Translations under genes and position numbers: made by a program | Part shown: piece by piece, positions 22,301 through 34,566 of the stretch | Numbering within the stretch: position 1 is the first letter of the stretch | How the letters are laid out: every line of letters starts with the position of its first letter | Assembly (NCBI RefSeq): GCF_964355755.1 | Contig: NC_092677.1 | Coordinates: 10,004,101-10,068,100 of the forward strand | Direction of reading: 5' to 3' | Source of the DNA: Antedon mediterranea | Taxonomy: Eukaryota; Animalia; Echinodermata | DNA length: 64,000 bases | The notes under the pieces: generated by a model | What the model saw: the letters and a program-made list of their open reading frames with translations, nothing else | The model's database searches: none | Told to the model about the DNA's origin: nothing

Positions 22301-25300
22301 TCGTACTTACCCTTGGAAATAACTGTCCCCCCTGACCTCGTTCATATATGGAAGAATTCCTTAGTACCCGGGCATCGTGCACCTTCCCTGGCCACCCTAC
22401 ATTAACATCTGTGAACCTGAAACCAACAAGAGAACGCCTAAATTAAGAATATGGTAGGTATAGAATTAATTTTGAGGATTAGCAAATTAGTATTTGCCAT
22501 TTCTTTAGAACAAACTGATACACTTCTGTTGACTGACAATATGACTTTATTCTATATCTTCCATAGTATAATACAAATTTTGAAAAAGAATATCAGGATA
22601 TCCCATTAAGTTGATACAGTATATAAAATTAAGAGTACCTATTTCCGGTGTTTCAAAAATTTAATTTACAAACTATGCATTTTAATGTATTGAAATATGG
22701 AAAGGGTACCTTAATTTGTTATCCACAACTCCTTGTAGGATCATCGAGTACCAACCCTTGCGGTTGTAGTAGTCGGCAGGTGAAAAGTGTGGTGCTTTTA
22801 TAGGAATATGAGAGCCATCAATTGCTCCAGCACATTGTGGGAATCCAAGTTCATTGAATCCCACAATTGTGGCCCTCAACCTTTCCTCCGTAGGCCAAAC
22901 AATATAGTTGTTATACATTGTGTCTACTAAGGCTTGGCAAACCTCCTGTACAACACGGCACACAGTTGATCTATGCACACCAAACAAATTGCCTATTGTT
23001 CTCAGTTCACAGCAAGTTGCCAGTCTCCATAAGGTCATTCCCACTAACTTTTCAACACTCATGCCATTCCCAAGGTTTGAATCCTCTCGTTGTAGAGTTG
23101 GCCGCAATATATTGCACAGAACTTGAAAAGATTCTGAAACGCATAAGTATTGTCATGTTCAACTCCTTTTTTGTAAGAGCCGGTATTAATTTATAATTAA
23201 TGTTATTTATTAGTTTTGGTAAGCCTGCCCGGCCGTGGTGGTGGTAGACTGAAAATAGACCAAATATAAATCGAGATGGATTTATAGCCTAGCTAGGCTC
23301 TACTTACTTAGTCCGGTCATACCTACAATTGTAATGCTGGCTATATAAACAAAAGAAAAGTTGGCCTAGGGGAGGCTAGTTTTTAAAAACTTACCTTATC
23401 AACACTACTAGACTTCCTAGACTAGTACTAGTACTTACTACTTACTAGGCCTAGCTAGGCTAGGCCTCTTTAGTATTTTAGTATTTATTTAGTATTTAGG
23501 TTTTTTTATTAAATTACTACAGCTGTATTATATTCATATTTAATACCTTGGGACATTCTGAAGTTTTCTTTCCATAGCTGTTCTGTGTAACGTTGGCACA
23601 CCGTTACATCCCACCAGTCCAGGCTAACAATGTTTTGCCTTGGCCTTACTACTCTCCTCTGCCTGTCCTCGTCGTTGTCGGTAGATGTACCAAGAAGTAC
23701 TGCGGCAGCGAAAATAGTCCTCCTTCTTGCTCGCCTACGTGCCCTTATTATATTCCACACAACATCATTATTCCGCTGTATTTGCTGGTAGATGTTTAGT
23801 GGGTTGACACGCAGTTCTTGATTAAAAGCCCAGAAAAGGGATATCAGTAATATAGCATTACGAAAAAGGTCCATTTTAAACACATGTGCGAAAGAGACAG
23901 CAAGCGCAGGGCGATGTAAACAAAACAACTCAGGTCAACCAAAAACTTCCGGAATTTGAATTGCGTTGTGGGTAATGATGACGTGATTTTAAAAACCGAT
24001 TACCCGAATAACCGATTAAAGTAGTAGCAATTTTCAATTGCAACGCGATTATTTTTGTGGTTTGCGGTGACTGGAAAAAATCGATTATTTTGATTTTTTC
24101 AGCAGAAACAGACCCTAAAAGGCGCCAAGTTTCGGAACATTGCCAAATTTATTTATACTGGGACAACATAGCTGAACCTAAAATAATCCTTTATTGTTTT
24201 GATTGATGCCTTTAAGTTATAAACACAACATTTCAGAGAACTGGTATGAGGAAATAAATGGATTAAATTACAACTTAAACAAAAAAATTACATTTTTAGA
24301 TCAATAGCGTAATGTCACACACAATTTTGTCTTTGTTACTTAAATTATTTTTGTGTTATTATTTCTTTATTTAAAAGCTTCATAAACAATTTAGATATAG
24401 GATGTGATGCTTTTTTTTAGTTGAAAAATATTGATGATATACATATTAGGTATGCCATTGATTTTTATTTATTTGTAGGCCTATTGCTTTCCAAATATGG
24501 AGTAGTCTGTCATACCAACACAGTACAGAACTTCTACATTATATGGAGTAGTCTGTCATACCAACACAGTACAGAACTTCTACATTATATGGAGTAGTCT
24601 GTCATACCAACACAGTACAGAACTTCTACATTATACCGAAACAATAATATTGTATAATATATATTTTTAGCTTTAGTTTTTAAACAAAAATACTGTACAG
24701 AGATATTCTTTATAATTCAGCATTTTATCTCCGCCTTTGTTAAAATATATATTCTATTTCTGATATTTGAACCAGACCTAGATTTAAGTACTCTATTGTA
24801 AAAGAAAACAGACAATTTTTTAAACCACAGGTGTAAATAAACAATCCATTTTCCTGTACAAGTTTATAAAGTAATAACGTATGTGAAAGTAAATAATTGT
24901 CTGATAAATGAGTAGGAGGCTAATAGATGGTCACACCCAAATTCTGTGATACATTTAATCTTTCGTGTTCACATACTGTACATGTGCGCAACATGTGGGT
25001 GGGTCTGATGTATTCATAACGCTATACTATACTATTCATTTCCGTGTGAACATGGCTTGCATTACAAGATGCTTTTGGGAAGTTTGGAATAAAATAAGAC
25101 TCAGAATACTGCAGAATACAGTGTTAAGCTCTGTCTACACTATCAAATCAATGTGCCCATATATGGACATGATAATGTCATATCACTATTTTGGCATATC
25201 ACTGCCATATTTTGGCACATCACACTTTTGATAGTGTAGACAGGGCTTAAGACCTCCGTTGGGAATCCTCTATTAAAGGGGACACTTCTTTCCTGTGAAG

Positions 25301-25489
25301 CAAAAGAGGCGAAATATATGTTTTAACACTATGGCCCACCCTTATTCTAGAATGTGTATTTAAAAGGTCTTTAATCAAATATTAGCTATTGAAGAAGTTA
25401 AATCATTTATTTTTTGTCAACAGGCTTTATCTGAAGAAGTAAAAGAAATGCATGGGTTAAGGATATCAACATCTGTCCCTAAATCTTGA
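16379..25489 (+). CDS. BOLA3: BolA-like protein 3 (mitochondrial Fe-S maturation)
   Basis: Exons 16397(or ATG at 16379)-16511, 18323-18411 and 25424-25489 give TEGEQKIVKVLKTKFPEATTIEVEDISGGCGAMYQIHIESEVFSNKRIVMQHRMVNEALSEEVKEMHGLRISTSVPKS*. The 5' end is unresolved; a possible upstream exon ends at the donor at 13733. Confidence 0.93.
18929..20700 (+). CDS. Harbinger Myb/SANT-like (trihelix) DNA-binding protein
   Basis: Phase-1 introns join exons 18929-19343, 19751-19783, 19924-20034 and 20171-20700. Motifs WTDEITRYVIILW, QITNKLKNLRRQF, TCPFYDLLDNILG, then an acidic linker, KKKPKK NLS, coiled coil and PHTLTRP repeats. Confidence 0.9.
21791..23874 (-). CDS. Harbinger DDE transposase (HARBI1-like nuclease)
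   Basis: Exons 23874-23547, 23133-22710, 22416-22311 and 22222-21791 splice in frame. Motifs WKENFRMS, GAIDGSHI, YNRKGWYS, GWPGKVHDARVL, GDPAYPL, ARMVVERAFGILKGRWR, CCVLHNFC. Confidence 0.95.
24494..24634. repeat. 46-bp tandem repeat x3
   Basis: ATATGGAGTAGTCTGTCATACCAACACAGTACAGAACTTCTACATT occurs three times. Confidence 0.9.
25127..25248. mobile_element. Representative copy of an abundant Tourist/Harbinger-like palindromic MITE
   Basis: TIR AGCTCTGTCTACACTATCAAA...TTTGATAGTGTAGACAGRGCT with TTA/TAA flanks. Other full or partial copies at about 4040, 7360, 7590, 26275, 35843, 37850, 40196, 54955 and 61775. Confidence 0.8.
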
Positions 25490-28400
25490 TAGGTTAAGGA
25501 TATCAACATCTGTCCCTAAATCTTGATAGATATCATAATTATTGAAATTGAAAACACTTAGAAGTGGAAGATATTTTGGTAAGGAAAAAAAATAAGAAAA
25601 AAGAAGATCAATCATTTTAATATTGAAAACAGTTTAATAAACCTAGTCATAATATGTCAAAACTCTACGACTACTTTTAAATTATTTAAATTTATTTTAA
25701 GTGTCATGTCTAATGAACTGGCACGCAGCACATATACAGTACTTGGCCGGGGTATCCAACTTACAAATTAAGTCAAGTAGGTTCTCTTTACGTTCCTTCA
25801 TTACAATATATATCATCATACTGCTCATATTATTACTACTGATATTATGGAAGAAGTACATTTTTATGATGCCTTCATGTTTCATAATATTTTAGCTCAA
25901 TACCATATAAATATATTGATATTATCAAGAATATGTATAATAATAGTTTGTCAATAAAATGAGCTTTATTACAGTATAATTGTTTTTGCATAGTGTATTA
26001 ATGGATATACAGTTGAACCCTCAGAACGCAAGTAATTCGACCAATCACAAGCGGTGGATGATCAGAACTATCATATTGTGATTGGTCAACTTGCTATTCA
26101 TTACAATTTGTCTGATGGTGATACGGCCACTGCCTCTTACTCAACTCGCAGGGGTTTTTCTGCATTGGTAAATAAACTTAATATTGTTATGATAGAAATA
26201 TGAAACGATGTGCAGATAAAAACATATTTAATGAGGCCTATACTCTAGTGTGCAGATAATTATTTATTTCCTTAAGCCCTGCCTACACTATCAAACTTTA
26301 TGTGACAAAGAAATGTGATGTGCTCATATATCAGCATGATGATGTCATATCACTACCATATTTTGTTTAATAGTGTAGACAAAGTTTAAATGAAATTCCA
26401 CTAGTAACGACTAATCTGTTTTAAAAGCAATTATGAGTACCCTGGTGTTTAATCCATGAGATCACAAAATAATATTATTCTTTGCTAAATAATCAATTAC
26501 AATGGATCATGCCTTGTCCTCCTGAGTCAAGGATCAGTAACCACAATCTTTCCTCTATGCCCCGGATGTTTTGAGCTAAATGATACTTTAAGTGGTACTT
26601 AGAATGAAGATATTGAGAGATATTACAAATATATCAATTGATATACATTAATTACTAATTAATGATCCAGTCTAGACAAATTTTCTATAGCCTAGATTAT
26701 TTTATAATTTCATTCTTTCTTTAAAATAATATTCGTGTAATGATATTGAAAGAATGGTGTTATTTCAAGACAATGATTACTTACATCTTATAATAGTAAT
26801 AGTTACAGTACTTACATTAGTAATCTGCATACACTTATCTATTAAATAATCATTGATTGTGAATAGTCACACCGTTATTAGTAATAATTGGTGGTAATGA
26901 TAAGAGCGACATTTTTATTTTATTTCCTCCTTTAGATAACAATGTGTTACCTTTTCTGCAGGTAAAAGTATCAATTAATACCCTGGGATATTTGACATTC
27001 TTTTGTTTACAACAGATGCTTTGTACGGTCAATGTATCCTTTTTTGGTAGGACTATCACGTGTGACGCGCGGGAGGACAGTCCATGTCACCAATATCGCG
27101 TATTATTTTGATTAATGAATATTATAAGTTATAACAACAGTAAAGCTATTTAAACATACGTCTCAAATTAGCTATTTAATAGAATCTGAATGAATTCGAA
27201 TATCCAATTACGACACGTATATTCAAGCGATACGGCGGGGTAAGTTCCCTTTCATAGTTGGACTCAAAAGGGGATTCCCCTATTTTTATGGATAAGAGTT
27301 CTCGTTTAACCAACACACTTAGCAAGCGATTCAGTCGCTACTAAGAGTTTATAATGATTTGATGTGCTTTATTTCTTGTGCAATGAATGCATTTATTTTA
27401 GAAAGTTTTTTAGCTACCTCACTATCGATAAATATATTCGTAGCAATGTATTGTGGCTCTAAGGTGTTTTTAACGAGTGCCAGATTCACAGATCGCTGTC
27501 CGCCGAGTTTAGGTCGTCTGCACGAGGAATGCCCATGGTATCTGCCACGATAGTAAGTATATTGTATAGTTTGTTTTTTGTTGTTATTTCATCACGAGAG
27601 AATTACGCTACTGAACGTATCATCATTGTGTCTCCTGGTTAATATTGTCAATGTCATAACTAAATAAAGACAAAAATCAAAACACAACAAAAATTATGTA
27701 TTTAAATAGAAACTTCAACTTGAGAACCTGTGTAATTGCGATGTACTTACTTAACTGTTTATTAGTATTAATTCTGTATCTGTATTTAAAATGTAATTGC
27801 ACGTGTATGTCTTTCTATTATCAAAAACAACAACAAATATTGTTGTAACTTATGACTATTCACTGAGTATTATGCATGCATTTCTTTAATCATGGACCAT
27901 TTTGTAAGAACATCATTTTTAATGAAATGTCATCCATGTAAAATAAGTTTATAATTAAATAAATAAATAAAATAATCAGGTTCAAATTAAACGGTCTGTA
28001 TGTGTTGCAATGCGCATAAACACAAAATAAAACCTTTACGTTACGTTATCATATGGGGATAATAATTATTATAAACGTATATGTTTGGGCGCAGGGGCTT
28101 TAAAGCTTAATAAAACTATATCGTTTTTGATACCATATTACAAAATAGTTAATTTTATTTCGCCGTATTTTATAGTATATCTCTTTGCAATGTACATTGT
28201 TTTTGGCGCAATAGCACTATAGGCCTAAATAAGGACTAAAACACTATAACTTAACTTTGCAGCTTCCTGTCTAATAAGACAATATTATCATCTCTTCCTT
28301 TGTTCAACACATACGTTGCTATAAATTCGGATATTAGGAGGGTTTTTAACGGAAATTAGGCCTACCCCTGGCGAATTTTTTTCTGGGATCTTTTAAACTC

Positions 28401-28590
28401 CAAATTGTTGGTACTAGTAAAATAAAATGCTATTTTTATTGCCTATCGGAGGTAAATTGCATTCAGCGATAACATTGCGCGTTTTGCCGTTTGGGGTCTA
28501 TACTTTGATCTGATATCAGACGGTAGGGCCTACCATCGGAGTTACTGTAACTGGTTACACTAGGGAAAAGTACAGAAATGTCATTCGTTC

Positions 28591-30156
28591 ATGGTTAAAC
28601 GAGCATTTACTGCGGATGTGATCGTGACGACTAGAACAGAGTAAGTGCATGTAAGTATAAAATACTATAATAGTTAACATTTTATTTAACTTTTTTTTTT
28701 CATTTTCAGTGTTGTTCTTACATTGGGAAACATTCTGTTGTTCCTGCTAGGCATCGTGACTCTGTGTGCAACGAATGTTATCCAGTCACCATTCCGTGAC
28801 ATCCCTCGAACAGTTCAAATAGGATTTGCTATCATGGTTGGGTTCTACATCTTTAAACTAACTCTGGATTCTATCCACTACATCCACATCCCAAGCTACG
28901 GAATACCCACCGTCCATCATATACTAACGATCACGCTTTACTTGGTGTTTTTAGTTGAACGTCAGAACGGTCTTTGCGGAGTTCTAGGCCTGGTTTTCCA
29001 AGCCGACGCCGTTTTTATTGATTTCTCAAAATTGCTGAACCAGATGGATAAGGAAGATCATGAACTCAGCAACATCACTTGGATGAATAAGTGCGTAGGA
29101 GCAAATGTGACGTTTATAACTAGAATAATTTTACCGACTGTTCTAATTATTATATCATATACAACAAATGATATCTTTTCAATGGATCTAATAGTTATCA
29201 TGTTCTATTTTTTAAGCTTAGTGTTCTTTTCTATATGGAACTTGCTCATGTTTCGCAATGCCGCTGTGGGTTGCTTTCGATATCACTACAAGTTGAAGGA
29301 GATGGCGTGTCAGAGAGCTCTCATTGGCTTGTCTTCGCGCGTTACTGGGCAACAACTGAGGAGGACACAGGCGGCTACGCCCAGATTAATAATGGAACAT
29401 AATAATCTAAAACGTTTACCGCCACGTTCAAACACTAACATAGCGACAAAGCACAAAGAGATTGACCGTCCTAATAATCTGAAAGTTCCAAAATTACCAA
29501 TAAGAGAGGCAATAGGTCTGGAACCATTTCAGACGACAGACAGGCCTTCTCATTCCCGCCATGCTGATACAAGTGCCCATGGATTATCGACATTCATTGA
29601 TTTTAATAGTGATTATAATGTACCTCATACGAACAGCGAAATTGATGAACATTTCCGCAAACATGACGGACGATATCGCTGCCTTGATGGAATCTCGTGC
29701 TCAACATCGGATTCCTCGTCATATAATGCCGTCGTCGGAACAGAAAGTAGTCATGTTATGCCTGTCACGCCATCTTACGTTAATTCTGTTGTTGATAATA
29801 CAGGCCTACATTTTCATCGCCCATACAATTACCTGCAGATTGATGGAGATGACGTTAGAACTGATAGACCAAGAGAACAACCTCGTCAAACAGACTCAAC
29901 TATTAATGCGGCGGCGATGACGACCACTGGAGACAGAAGTGCGTCTGCGTCTTGCCTAACTGAAAGCGAGGCTGCACTGACTGCCCAACTTGCGCAAACA
30001 AACTTTAAAGATAAACCTATTACAATTAATGAACAAAATAACAATAGACCTACCGCTATATTTCAAGGAATAAATGTACCTAATAATAATACACAATCAG
30101 TTATTCCCGGCGGCGTGTGCGCTTACCGCCAATTTGGAGAAAGACAAAGTATATGA
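28591..30156 (+). CDS. Multi-pass membrane protein with TLC (TRAM/LAG1/CLN8)-like domain and long disordered C-terminal tail
   Basis: Exon 28591-28640 splices (phase 2) to 28710-30156. About 5-6 hydrophobic segments with the HH motif (TVHHIL), a DAVFID motif and FITRI, all typical of TLC domains. The product call is by motif only. Confidence 0.6.
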
Positions 30157-30321
30157 CTATTAATTATGTATCCATCCTTATATAATAAAATGAATAATAA
30201 TAATATAATATTAATAATATTCTTGGGTAGATCGCACGCCTGACGTGACTGTCTGGAAACATACTTATTTATGCGTTAATTGTCTGTAATATTTTCTAAT
30301 AAAATGCTATAGTATATATCT

Positions 30322-31860
30322 ATATTATTTTGCCTGTTGGTATAATTATGTGTCTTATAAAAAGCAGGAGTCCAGATGTTTATGGTAGGCCTACTGGTCA
30401 TCACTACGTTATTACGTATTCGAACGTCATCCATCATTTAGAATTAATATTAAGTTTAAACCCCACCTTTTGCATGTATACTTTACAATTTACATTTTGT
30501 TGACGTCATATTTGCGTAACTAAGTGCAGCAATTTTTAAAAGACCCTTTTTCATGGGCGAATCTGGGAGGAGCGCAGATGCATGCGCTCCCCACTTTGTC
30601 AGCCAAAATTGATTAAGTCATAATTGTTTGGTATACCAGGGAAGGGGTATATATTTTACTTTTCTCTGGGTATTCTATTAATAGGCATGTAATAATATTT
30701 AGTTTAGAAGCTTACTAAGTACATTAGTTATGGAGAGAGTGCTTTTTGTCAAATCTCTTACCATACTCAGTATGCACTGGAAGGACAAAAGTCTCACCAA
30801 AAAGCGCCGCCGTGCCGCCAAACATGTTCTTTTCCTGGAGTTACTCCTCAAAACGGACAATACTAATACTAAGGTAGGAAAGTCATTAAAATTGATTTAA
30901 AAAAAGGTTAATAAAAATATTTTCATATTTAATTTCTGATCAAATGATCAAAGATTTGCTGGTGTAATGTACTACACTTAACCGAGTCATAGGAGAACGT
31001 CTAACCATTTATTTATATTGGGTTGTTATCAGCTGTCAAATTTTCAATTGTCATAATTAGGCTAGGCCCACTACCTACGCAATATTATATAATACATTTC
31101 ATTAGTATGCCCGAGGCTGTGATCATTAGAAAGAAATTTAACCACAAAATACCTTCGCGCTTCCGGAATTAATATGGATGGATTTGTTTTGTTGCCTCTG
31201 AACTCTTTTTTTTTGGAAAACTGAACTGTTTATTTTCGTTTTCTATATTTTTATATTTATATTATTTTGCCTGTTGGTATGTGTCTTATAAAGGGCAGGA
31301 TGATTATGGTATTGGTCACTACGTTAGGACTTGCTCGCCACAAGGTCTTTTGTTTAATAGAATTTCTGTTTTTCATCTGGCGTTACTTTTTGAGTTTTGC
31401 CCTCTTCCTTCATCTTACAATTTATATTGGATATTTGATGTTATTTAATTAATCGAACGTCATCCATCATTTAGAATTAATACTTTAAACCCCACTTTTT
31501 GCATGTACTTAAGCGTGGTTCCCACTAGCGACGCAACACAAGGACGTAACGCAACGTTAGTGAATTGACCAATCACAAGCGATGGCTTATTCGCTTGTGA
31601 TTGCTAACTGTCTATAACTCCGCTTGTCATTGGTTAAAACGCTTGCGTTGCGTTTACGTCCTTGCGTTACGTTCTAGTGGGAACCAAGCTTATCAATACA
31701 ATTAACATAGTTTTCTCAGTATTGTATAATATTATTAATTTTCTTGACGTCATATTCGCGTAACTAGTGCAGCAATTTTTAAAAGACCCTTTTCATGGAC
31801 GAAGGATGGATGGATTTGTTTGGTTGCCTCTGAACTCTTTTTTGGAAAACTGAACTGGCA
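30322..31860. repeat. Degenerate local duplications downstream of the TLC gene
   Basis: 30322-30410 resembles 31258-31326; 30421-30561 resembles 31454-31803 (the second copy is interrupted by a MITE); 31174-31227 resembles 31806-31857. Confidence 0.75.
31512..31690. mobile_element. Palindromic Harbinger-like MITE (AGCGTGGTTCCCACTAG...CTAGTGGGAACCAAGCT)
   Basis: 179-bp element with long internal inverted repeats. It is absent from the paralogous site near 30480. Related copies at 32214-32573 and about 60728-60872, plus a fragment near 10545-10585. Confidence 0.85.
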
Positions 31861-32213
31861 GTAGGCCTACGTAGTTTCATCCAATACCATTGTCAGTCTT
31901 CACTACACTAAATGGAAGAAAATTCTTTTTTTTATTTCGTTTTCTTTGCATTGTTTTTTTTTTTAAATAAAGTGAATAATCAATCAATCAATCAGTCAAT
32001 CACTATTGAAAACACAATCATAACAAAAAACATTTAACATAAAAATAAAGACAGTAGACCTACCTACAAAGACAACTACAGAATCGGGAGAGGGAGGAAA
32101 GTAAAAATACGTTATATCAATCATAGAGATATTATATGTATATGGTTATACATTACATTTGTTATCGATTGCTCCTCGTTTTTAGTTTTAGTACAGCACA
32201 TTTTTCACTATAA

Positions 32214-32573
32214 AGCTTGGTTCCCACTAGAACGTAACGCAAGGACGTAAACGCAACGCAAGCGTTTTAAAGCGTGGTTCCCACTAGCGACGCAACGCAA
32301 GGACGTAACGCAACGCAAGTGAATTGACCAATCACAAGCGATGGCTTATTCGCTTGTGATTGCCAACTGTCTCTTCGCTTGTCATTGGTTAAATCGCTTG
32401 CGTTGCGTTTACGTCCTTGCGTTACGTTCTAGTGGGAACCAAGCTTTACCAATGACAAGCGAAGTTATAGACAGTTAGCAATCACAAGCGAATAAGCCAT
32501 CGCTTGTGATTGGTGGTCAATTCACTTGCGTTGCGTTACGTCCTTGTGTTGCGTCGCTTGTGGGAACCACGCT
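32214..32573. mobile_element. Two copies of the same MITE nested in opposite orientations
   Basis: The outer copy (32214-32270 plus 32446-32573) is interrupted at ttttaa by an inner copy at 32271-32445. Confidence 0.9.
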
Positions 32574-33312
32574 TAATAGAGGGCGATAGGATGCATGGGA
32601 ATGGGGATTGATCATGCATATCATTGTCATCTGCTGCCCTCTTCTGGTTGGTGTTAAAGTTGCGCGCGAAAAATAAAATTGAGATGGGAAAAAAAAAGAA
32701 AACGAAACGAAAGCGATGAAGAAATCAATGTACAGAAACTACACAAGAAGGTTTGTTTATTATTTTTAAAGCTGATATATAAATAAAACTGTTTTATTTT
32801 ATTTTATATTAAATAATTAGGCTACTACTGCTAGCCTATCTACTATAATTATCTAGGCCTAGGCATCTAACTAGGACCACACAGGCTGGGCCCTGCCCCT
32901 ACTAACTAGGTAGTAACTAGGCCTACCCACCGTACCAGGCACCAGCAGTAGGCTACTAGCCTAGGCCTAGTGTCAGTGATAGGCCTAGTACTACTAGTAG
33001 TAGTAGGCTATTAGTATAATATAGCCTAGTTAGGCCCTACAGTAGTAGAAGTAGTAGGCTAGTCCTTGTTGCTATAGAAATAAATATCAAAATAGGCCTA
33101 GAGGCCTAGTAGATCATAATAACACATTCATTACATTTGGCCAGGCTATATGTAGGCCCTATGTCTGATATTTAAATTATAATTAATAATGATAATTATA
33201 ATAAATTAGTATTCTTATAAACTTTTTAAAGTTCTATAATTTTTTATTTAATTCTCATTGTTGTGTATTGTATTGTAAATCGCTGTTTCAGTGTTTGGGA
33301 TTTTTTTGTATA

Positions 33313-34166
33313 TGTTATGCGCGATTTGAACAATTTGCGCAATTTGAAATTGCGCAAAAAAATCCTTGCGCAATTTGAAATTGCGCAAAGAATTCTTGCG
33401 CAATTTAAAATTGCGCAAGGATTTTTTTTCGCAATTTCAAATTGCGCAAGAAAATCTTTGCGCAATTTTAAATTGCGCTGCACAATTTGTAAATTGCGCA
33501 AGATAGTTCTTGCGCAATATGACACCTTTGCGCAATTTGAAAACGAACTGTAAATTTCCAAATTGCGCAACAAAATTCTACCAGACAATCGGTATTATAA
33601 TAATTTATTGGAAACTAAATAACTCAAAATAAAACATAATAAATGCGAAGATAACATGTGTATAATAAATACATAACATTTATTATTACAATTAAATAAT
33701 ATTATCACTGTAACTTTAAATAAATCAAAATAAATGTAAAAATTAAGTTTTTAATATTAGTTTAAGCTAGGCCATGTAACCTAGTCAGTGTCAGTAGTCC
33801 AGACCCTAGCTAGGCTAGAGTAGTATAGCCGGCCGCCCGCGCCGCGCCCGCCTGGTGGAACACCACCGCTTCGTTTTCCTTCGTCGGTTCTTCGACGGTA
33901 TGCTACCTTATAACAATATATTTGCACTACTAAAATAAGGAAATGCGATATTTATCTTTAATTTTGAATAATTCTTAGAAATTACTATAAAAATATGGGT
34001 GTGCATGATTTCACAATCTGTCGAAAAACCTTGCGCAATTTGCAGATTACTTGCGCAATTTAATACGTTGCTTGCGCAATTTGAAACACATGTTTCAATT
34101 CAAATTGCGCAAGGATTTTTTTTGCGCAATTTCAAATTGCGCAAATCGTTCAAATTGCGCATAACA
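33313..34166. mobile_element. TGT...ACA foldback MITE with 4-bp TATA TSD (Ginger2-like)
   Basis: TATA|TGTTATGCGC ... GCGCATAACA|TATA. Many TTGCGCAA palindromes in both arms. It lies upstream of the first coding exon of CENPT. Confidence 0.75.
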
Positions 34167-34566
34167 TATATACCGTGATATAACTCTAAATATGTAGGCC
34201 TAGGCCTAGATGCGATTATTAATCTTAATTTTAGTACAATCAAATTAAAGCCTAGACTTACTTAGTATAATCTTCCCATCATGGTGGTGTTTTTTTGTTG
34301 TTAATGTTTATCACTTTTTTAAGATAAGATAAGATAAATCTTTATTGTCATGAACACAACAAGGCGAACATGAAATTGGTTTTCCTTTGATGCTTAAAAA
34401 CACATACAATATATAAAACATTAAAAATATCAATACAATACATTAAAACTATATACAGTAGTAAACAAGTAAACAAACTATGTTATATTTAAATGTGTTG
34501 TTTACTCTCTTTTTTTAGATACAATTGTAAATGATTCAATTTTGATCATCTAAACACTACAATTGA

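Larger units (their letters stand above)
18680..24115. mobile_element. Autonomous PIF/Harbinger DNA transposon (5.4 kb) in the last BOLA3 intron
   Basis: TAA|GGGCCTGTTTCTGCTGA ... TCAGCAGAAACAGACCC|TAA (17-bp TIR, 1 mismatch). Sub-terminal AATCGATT/AACCGATT repeats. Two convergent genes. Confidence 0.96.

Noticed and set aside
21791-23874. Domesticated HARBI1 host gene
   Set aside because: It is flanked by intact TIRs and a TSD and paired with a Myb gene, so it is a bona fide transposon.
33244-33588. ORFs with LRNLKLRK-type repeats
   Set aside because: They arise from TTGCGCAA palindromic repeats of the foldback MITE.
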